DNA of 64,000 nt from a virus. Its lineage: Duplodnaviria; Caudoviricetes. The notes beneath the pieces are model-generated. The model worked only from the letters and a program-made list of their open reading frames with translations, had not been told where the DNA came from and made no database searches. A program made the position numbers and the translations under genes. This document shows positions 58,664 to 64,000 of the stretch, in pieces (the first letter of the stretch is position 1; every line of letters starts with the position of its first letter). The stretch spans positions 1,531 to 65,530 of IMG/VR virus record IMGVR_UViG_3300045952_000124, one strand, 5' to 3'.

Positions 58664-59491
58664 ATGGACGGCATAAGCGAACACTTTGGCGATGTAGACA
58701 TGGACGAAGCAACGGATAACGGCTATCAGGGCGGCTCCGCCCGGAATTACGGCGATTGGTCGGCGCACGACCTGCTAGCCCGGTCGGTTGAGCTGCAGGA
58801 GCAGCAGGTCGCGCAGTTGGCGCGGTCGGCGGCGGCTCAGGAGCGGATCGCGATACAGGAGACGCGCAAGAGCAACTATCTCGGCGGGATACTCCTGCTC
58901 CTGCACTCTGCGGCGGCGGCGCATCTGGACCCGATAGTAACCGACCGCATACCGTTCGGCTTTGACGACTATGAGGAGCCGGGCGACGGTCCGGGCGGAG
59001 CCGGAGCAGGTGCAGGGGCAGCAGCCGCCGCAGGGCGGGAAGGACCGCAGGCTTCGGTGTCAATCGGGGCGCGCATCAACGAAGACGGCACAATGACGCC
59101 GATAGCTTGCCCGCACAACCCACTTGGACCGGAAGCTTGCGCGCTCTGCGCGGCAGCGTTTGAGGCTATGGCCCCGATGATGCAGGACGCGGCGGCGGAC
59201 CTGCGGGCGCGGGCTGCTTCGGCAACGCAGGCGTACCAAGAGTACGTCGCAAGCGTCGGACCGGGGCAACCGCTAATGACCCTGCAGGAATGGAACCGCC
59301 AAAACGCGGCGGCGTCTCCGGCTCCGCGCCGGGCAGGTGGCAGACCGCCGATCACTCCGACCGAAGCCGGGTGGCTATCCGACCTGTACGCGCAGGGACC
59401 CAAGCAGGCGCAGGAAGCGCACGACCGCCGCATGGCAGCGAAGCAGGACGAACACGCCGAGACACAGGAGCCTTTGCCGCCGCAGGCATAA
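58664..59491 (+). CDS. Hypothetical protein
   Basis: SD AAAGGA. Confidence 0.6.
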   Translation: MDGISEHFGDVDMDEATDNGYQGGSARNYGDWSAHDLLARSVELQEQQVAQLARSAAAQERIAIQETRKSNYLGGILLLLHSAAAAHLDPIVTDRIPFGFDDYEEPGDGPGGAGAGAGAAAAAGREGPQASVSIGARINEDGTMTPIACPHNPLGPEACALCAAAFEAMAPMMQDAAADLRARAASATQAYQEYVASVGPGQPLMTLQEWNRQNAAASPAPRRAGGRPPITPTEAGWLSDLYAQGPKQAQEAHDRRMAAKQDEHAETQEPLPPQA

Positions 59492-59570
59492 ATTGGTAGC
59501 GGATTGGCGGCGGAGCGGCTTGACGGCGGCTCCGCCTGCCGCTATAATGTCTGTAGTAGGACATACGACG
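59492..59570 (+). promoter_or_regulatory. Early-type promoter P7
   Basis: ATTGG at 59492/59503, TTGACG-17-TATAAT(59543), TGTCTGTAGTAGGACATAC. Confidence 0.8.
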
Positions 59571-59607
59571 CGGGCATTGACCCGCTACACAGAAAGGTAG
59601 GTCGGAC

Positions 59608-59997
59608 ATGACGAACATAGGCAAGCTTGAAGGCGACACGTTTGGGAGCAGGCGCAGGCAGGCGGAAGAAAGCCGCTCCGCTACGTCTGCCTTCGCGCAG
59701 AAGCAACGCGACCGGGCGCAGGCTGTGCTTGACGGGTACACGCCGGAGCAGGTCGAGAAGCATCGGCGGTTGGGGCAGGTGCGTGAGGACGCGGCGCAGT
59801 TGGGGCAGGCGGCGTTCGTCCTGCAGAAGCGCGGCAAGGAGCGGCTTGGGCTGCAGGTCCGCCGCGAACACCTGTTGGCGCTTGCGGAGCGCGACGCGCT
59901 GCAAGAGGAATTGGAGCGCACGACGGGCGGCGTGTGGGGCGTGCAGGCGTTGGGCGACGCGATACTCCGGTATGACCGGATTATGATCGAAGGGTAA
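59608..59997 (+). CDS. Hypothetical protein
   Basis: SD AAAGG; GTAGGTCGGACATG box overlaps the start codon. Confidence 0.6.
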   Translation: MTNIGKLEGDTFGSRRRQAEESRSATSAFAQKQRDRAQAVLDGYTPEQVEKHRRLGQVREDAAQLGQAAFVLQKRGKERLGLQVRREHLLALAERDALQEELERTTGGVWGVQALGDAILRYDRIMIEG

Positions 59998-60050
59998 TCG
60001 GCGGCAGGTCGGATTGATTGCGCGAACAGCGCAGAAAGGCAGGCAATACA

Positions 60051-60983
60051 ATGGCAATCGTATACACACTGGAGAACGGCGACAAGTGGGCGGCATTGAA
60101 GGCTCCGAAGCAGTACGTCGCGGAGCGGGCGGCAAGGTATCCGGGCGGCAACCTGCGCCTGCAGGTAGAATGGGACGGCAATTGGCGGCGCATATCGCAC
60201 AAGCATGACTGCCCGCACTACGTTGGGTACGGCGCGCTGCCTGACTATTACGACATAAACCGCCTGTACCCGGACTGCGTGAACTACGACAGTCAGCAGG
60301 CAGAGAACGGTCCTGCCTATGGCTGCGGTCCGTTCGGTCCGACCGTGCGCCTGATAGCGTGGGAAGGCTGCGTGCTTGAGGAGCGCGAGAGCAACTTCCT
60401 AGACGATAGCGACTTCTACGCCTACGTGTGGGACGCGGAGCGCGGCTGCACAATGTCGCATGAGTACGCTACTACCCGCTTCGGCGGCGGCGGTTGGTGT
60501 TCGGTAGACGCTACTCCTGAAGTCAGGGCGGCGGCGGCGGAGTACACGAAGGGGCAACTTCTGAGCATACTGCAGCAGGAGAACGAATTGCAGGCGACCT
60601 ATCGGCAGGTCGGTCGTATCGTCCGCTTGAACATGGACGGTACGCTGCCCGTCCGCGACAAGGCGGCACGCGCAGAGTTGGAAAGCTACCGGGGCGCGCT
60701 TGGCGTGATCCGCTGGCAGGGCGAACGCAAGTATGGGCAGAGCCGATGGGCTCCGACCTACGTGCGGATCGGCGTTGAGATACTTGCGGACGAATTGCTC
60801 CTGCAGGGCGCTGGCTACGTGTTTATGGACCCGGACAATGTTGAGGTCGCGTTCCCTGATATGTACTTGGTCCCTGCGGAGCAGTTGGAGCGCGCAGCCG
60901 ATAACGGCAAGGGACGCCCGTCCGCTCCTGCCGGGCTTATTATGAACCGGGTGGCTAGCAGGACGGGAATGGTATACGTCTAA
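60051..60983 (+). CDS. Hypothetical phage protein
   Basis: DDSDFYA.VWD...EYATTRFGGGG...VDATPEV motif; hairpin plus SD leader. Confidence 0.7.
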   Translation: MAIVYTLENGDKWAALKAPKQYVAERAARYPGGNLRLQVEWDGNWRRISHKHDCPHYVGYGALPDYYDINRLYPDCVNYDSQQAENGPAYGCGPFGPTVRLIAWEGCVLEERESNFLDDSDFYAYVWDAERGCTMSHEYATTRFGGGGWCSVDATPEVRAAAAEYTKGQLLSILQQENELQATYRQVGRIVRLNMDGTLPVRDKAARAELESYRGALGVIRWQGERKYGQSRWAPTYVRIGVEILADELLLQGAGYVFMDPDNVEVAFPDMYLVPAEQLERAADNGKGRPSAPAGLIMNRVASRTGMVYV

Positions 60984-61090
60984 CAGCGTGCGGGCGCTCC
61001 TGAGATGACACAGGAGCGCCGATCCGGGTGGGGCGTGTGTGTTTGTACCTGTGGGTACGCGCCGCCCGGCAGAAAGGAGCAGGTAACAGC

Positions 61091-61369
61091 ATGAACCTAG
61101 AAGAAGCGAGACGACAAACGATTGCGGTACGGCGGATCACACGGCTCCGCATCGCGGCGACGAAGATAGATCGGCTCCGCGTGCAGGTGCTAGATGTGAC
61201 TATGGAGACGAAGGATTACGCGGCGCGTGAATTCGTCGCGAAGGCGGCGGACTTTTTGAGGCGGGCGCAAGAGGAGTTGGAGCAGACGGCGACGCACGAA
61301 GCGCACAACCTGCAGGAGTTGCAGGAAGTGGCGCGGGTCAACGCGATGCGCGACAGGGGTGAGCTATGA
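61091..61369 (+). CDS. Small coiled-coil protein
   Basis: SD AAAGGAG. Confidence 0.6.
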   Translation: MNLEEARRQTIAVRRITRLRIAATKIDRLRVQVLDVTMETKDYAAREFVAKAADFLRRAQEELEQTATHEAHNLQELQEVARVNAMRDRGEL

Positions 61370-61965
61370 GCACGACGGGCGCGCCCGGCTCCGGCAGCAC
61401 GGGCAAAGGCTCCGCGAAGGTGCAGGTCAAGCGGCTGCTAGCGGAAGTTGAGATAGCGGTCGCAGGTCCGGTTGACATGGACGGGACGAAGTACCGCCCG
61501 GTCCCGTTCACCTACGACGCGATAGGCTACTGGCGGCAGGCGCAGTACACAAAGATACCAGTGCCGCCGACCGACTTCTATTCGTACCTGCGCGCAAAGA
61601 AGCTGTGCTTTGAGTGCTGCGGTCGCGGGCAGAGGAACACGGTACAGCGCCCGGTGTTCGGTCGCAACACGGCGAACAAGAACGGGCTTGACTACCTGTA
61701 CACGCCCTGCGCGACCTGCGGCGGCAGTGGGAAGCTACAGCCGGAGCAGGAAGAAGGTTGGTGGGCCAAGCACTTCGCCTACAAACAGGCATTGGAGCAG
61801 GAAGCGGCAAGGCACGCGGCGCAACCGCCGCCGCAGGCTCCGCCGATGAGACAGATCATTATCGCTCCTGCGGTTGACCGGATGCTTGACCGGGTAGACC
61901 CTGAAACCGGAGAGATACGGGAGCCGGAAGAAGCAGAAGAAGCAGAAGAAGGGGAGGAAGAATAG
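61366..61965 (+). CDS. DnaJ-type Zn-finger (CxxCxGxG) protein
   Basis: CFECCGRG and CATCGGSG; C-terminal VDPETGEI. Confidence 0.6.
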   Translation: MSTTGAPGSGSTGKGSAKVQVKRLLAEVEIAVAGPVDMDGTKYRPVPFTYDAIGYWRQAQYTKIPVPPTDFYSYLRAKKLCFECCGRGQRNTVQRPVFGRNTANKNGLDYLYTPCATCGGSGKLQPEQEEGWWAKHFAYKQALEQEAARHAAQPPPQAPPMRQIIIAPAVDRMLDRVDPETGEIREPEEAEEAEEGEEE

Positions 61966-61967
61966 AC

Positions 61968-62252
61968 ATGGATAACACGCAGAAGGCGCGCCCGGACCCG
62001 GCGCAGGCGAAGCAGGTAAGCATGGACGCGGCAGAGAAGCTAGTCGCCCTTGAAGCGGCAGGGCGGGCGCTCCGCGATGCGCTGGTAGGCTGTGAGGAAG
62101 CAGTGGAGCGCGACCGCTTGAAGTCGGAGCTAACTAAGGTCCGGCAAGAGATACTTGAAGCGTCGGCGGTCGCACGCAACGTGCCTCTGCCCCAAACGAC
62201 CGGACCGTACCACAAGCGGCAGGGGCGCACGGGGCAGGGCGGAGAGAAGTAG
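61968..62252 (+). CDS. Hypothetical protein
   Basis: SD GGAGG. Confidence 0.55.
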   Translation: MDNTQKARPDPAQAKQVSMDAAEKLVALEAAGRALRDALVGCEEAVERDRLKSELTKVRQEILEASAVARNVPLPQTTGPYHKRQGRTGQGGEK

Positions 62253-62281
62253 CCTGCCTGCGGCTCCGCTACTCCGCAGGC

Positions 62282-62345
62282 TTGACACACCTGCGGCGGC
62301 GGCGGTATACTTCGCAGGTAGGACACACGACACACGGCACACGAC
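62282..62345 (+). promoter_or_regulatory. Promoter P8
   Basis: TTGACA-18-TATACT then TCGCAGGTAGGACACACGACACACG. Confidence 0.8.
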
Positions 62346-62376
62346 ACGGAACAGAACGGAAGGGGGATGCACGGAT

Positions 62377-62688
62377 ATGGAAGGATACGAATTGGGCGCG
62401 GGCGCGGCTCCGGCATACAAGCTGGTTAGCGCGGGCTACGTGGCTAACGTCGCTGCTACAAGCACAAAGACGGTGCAGCGTTGGGCAGAGGACGGGTTGC
62501 TGCAGAGCTACGACCGGGTGAACGGCGACATGTGGGTATTCGATAAGGCGTACATTGACGAGATCGCGGAGCAGTTGCGGGCGGGCAAGAAGGCGCTGCA
62601 ATCTCTGCAGGGCGCAGGGGAGCAGGGCGCGCCGGACACGGCGGAGCCGGAAGCCGTCGCGGTCGCGTCAACCGACGCCGGACAATGA
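62377..62688 (+). CDS. MerR/Xis/BldC-like (HTH_17) DNA-binding protein
   Basis: LVSAGYVANVAATSTKTVQRWAEDGLLQSY..NG.MWVF matches the excisionase-type winged HTH. Confidence 0.75.
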   Translation: MEGYELGAGAAPAYKLVSAGYVANVAATSTKTVQRWAEDGLLQSYDRVNGDMWVFDKAYIDEIAEQLRAGKKALQSLQGAGEQGAPDTAEPEAVAVASTDAGQ

Positions 62689-62766
62689 GAAGCCCCGGTG
62701 CGGCAACCGGGGCTTCTGAGGCAATACACACAACGTTGAGCGGGTCGGACACTCGCGGTTGAGGCA
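62683..62766 (-). ncRNA. Candidate ~80-nt antisense small RNA
   Basis: Minus-strand TTGACA(62800)-17-TATCAT(62777) with extended TGn, followed ~50 nt later by the 62688-62717 hairpin. Confidence 0.5.
62688..62717. terminator. 12-bp stem hairpin, possibly a bidirectional terminator
   Basis: AGAAGCCCCGGT-6-ACCGGGGCTTCT directly after the HTH stop codon. Confidence 0.65.
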
Positions 62767-62844
62767 TCCCTATGATAGCAGGCGTCGTGCCGCCTGTCAA
62801 CGGGTAATCTGCAAGAGGCAAGTATTCTACAGGAGTATTGCTCT

Positions 62845-63291
62845 ATGAAGACATTTAGACTTGACCCCGGCACGGACGGTCACTTCGTCGCCGCGTACAT
62901 GGAGTTGGACGGGCAGATCGCGGAGCCTTTAGCGGCGATGCTGCAGGTATTGAAGGAGCGCGCCGAGACGGGGCGAGAGCCGGACCTTACAGCGCTCCGC
63001 GCACACCTGCAGAACGCATGGAGCGCATTGACCTACAGCCGCAACGTTATGCGCCTGTACGTTGAGCGGCACGGTCCGCGACTGTTCAGCGAAGCGCAGG
63101 CGGCGATGCGCGCAGATATGGGCAAACTGGTAGACCTTGAAGCGGAGAAGGCGAAGCGTACGGCGATGCGTCCGATGTGCAGGTGTACAACTGACGACGT
63201 GACGCAGGAGCCGCCGCAGGAGCCTTCTCCGCAAGCCGGGTCTATCCCTGCCGAGACTACACACAAGGGGGAGACGCCTATGGATAGTTAG
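62845..63291 (+). CDS. Hypothetical protein
   Basis: SD AGGAG. Confidence 0.6.
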   Translation: MKTFRLDPGTDGHFVAAYMELDGQIAEPLAAMLQVLKERAETGREPDLTALRAHLQNAWSALTYSRNVMRLYVERHGPRLFSEAQAAMRADMGKLVDLEAEKAKRTAMRPMCRCTTDDVTQEPPQEPSPQAGSIPAETTHKGETPMDS

Positions 63292-63479
63292 GTTGTAAGG
63301 TTTCCCGGTGAGAGCGGGGCGGGCGTTTTGAGTTGCGCGCCGCTCCGACCGAAAGAACCCGGCTCCTATGCTCCGCAGGCTTGTTAGTTGTCCGTCAGGG
63401 CGCTTGAAACGGCTTGAGAGCGGCGGAGCCGGGCGAAGCGGTACGATTACACCCGCAGAACGATTGGAGGCAGTACAGA

Positions 63480-64000
63480 ATGACAGTAGAAACTTGGCGG
63501 GCTTTACGGGCGCTCCTGCAGCGACCGATTGCGTTTCACAGGGCGCTAGCAGAATTGGCGGGCAGCACGGCGGGCGGCGTGTTCCTGTCGCAAGCGCTTT
63601 ACTGGCAGGAGCGGTCAACCGACGATGCAGGTTGGTACTGGAAAACGCAGGCGGAATGGTACGACGAAACGATGTTGACCCGGTCGGAGCAGGAGCGGGC
63701 GCGGGCGCGGCTCCGCGAATTGGGCGTGCTGCATGAGAAGAAGGCAGGCACGCCCGCGAAGCTTTACTACCGGGTAGACTTTGAGCGGTTGTACGACCTG
63801 CTTGGCAGTCCGCAGGCGGACCCGCAAACAAGGATGCTGGATCGTGCAGACTTGGGCGTGCAGAACGGACAAGCAAGCCTGTCAAATCCTGCAACCTCTT
63901 ACAATACAGAGACTACAAGCATAGACTACGCAGAGACTACACTTGCGGCAGGGGCGCGAGAGCCTGCGGCGGCGGCTGCACCTGCACCTGCGGCGGCTGC
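63480..64000 (+). CDS. Phage replication initiator (O-like wHTH), truncated by the window end; not in the ORF track
   Basis: My translation from ATG 63480 (SD GGAGG): RPIAFHRALAELAGSTAGGVFLSQALYW...GWYWKTQAEWYDETMLTRSEQERARARL...GTPAKLYYRVD...TETT. Confidence 0.8.
   Translation, partial: MTVETWRALRALLQRPIAFHRALAELAGSTAGGVFLSQALYWQERSTDDAGWYWKTQAEWYDETMLTRSEQERARARLRELGVLHEKKAGTPAKLYYRVDFERLYDLLGSPQADPQTRMLDRADLGVQNGQASLSNPATSYNTETTSIDYAETTLAAGAREPAAAAAPAPAAA

Larger units (their letters stand above)
1..64000 (+). mobile_element. Tailed bacteriophage (siphovirus-like) genome, nearly complete, extending beyond the window
   Basis: Canonical order terminase-portal-protease/scaffold-capsid-tail tube-chaperone frameshift-tape measure-Dit-tail tip-lysis. 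Co-oriented, tightly packed genes; no tail sheath and no host housekeeping genes. Confidence 0.95.

Noticed and set aside
46283-62345. Repeated promoter blocks and dispersed elements as a CRISPR array
   Set aside because: Copies are kilobases apart with genes between them; there is no regular repeat-spacer period and no cas genes.
62456-62821. Minus-strand protein downstream of the antisense promoter
   Set aside because: Runs through a strong hairpin and antisense to the HTH gene with Arg/Pro-rich composition; an RNA product is more plausible, though a leaderless peptide cannot be excluded.
63292-63370. tRNA or known ncRNA upstream of the replication gene
   Set aside because: Only an imperfect stem-loop; no cloverleaf or TTCGA T-loop. 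I recognised no tRNA anywhere in the window.
1-64000. Alternative genetic code or stop-codon reassignment
   Set aside because: Core genes are full length under code 11, and TAG, TGA and TAA all end genes with normal coupling.

Overview
The whole window reads as most of one GC-rich tailed-phage (siphovirus-like) genome. Almost every gene is on the + strand, and I see no host genes and no integrase. Gene order: nucleic-acid metabolism genes (DUF1064-like nuclease, ASCH, RNase H, MazG-like; 1-7 kb); a six-gene modification cluster (class I methyltransferase, IbrA/DndC-like PAPS-reductase-family PP-loop enzyme, 2OG-Fe(II) oxygenase, GT-A/GT25-like glycosyltransferase, DPPW amino-methyltransferase, IbrB-like ParB; 7.0-12.7 kb); packaging and head genes (12.9-26 kb); tail genes, including a -1 frameshifted chaperone, a 1606-aa tape measure and an FN3-rich tip protein (26-41 kb); a lysis region with an amidase and a clan GH-A-like hydrolase (41.6-46.1 kb); about 30 small putative early genes (46.4-63.3 kb); and a replication initiator cut off by the window end. 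The least explained signal is non-coding. (1) About 8 sigma70-type promoters share phased ATTGG repeats upstream and a TGTC-N8-GACA / GGTCGGACA box at the start site. (2) A covarying G(A/G)A(C/U)A-pentaloop hairpin sits just before the Shine-Dalgarno of 7 early genes. (3) A candidate ~80-nt antisense RNA is complementary to both the promoter-leader box and several ribosome-binding sites. (4) A ~110-bp fixed-geometry element occurs about 10 times. All protein calls come from motif recognition by eye, with no database searches. The host (Terrabacteria, possibly Chloroflexota) is only an inference.
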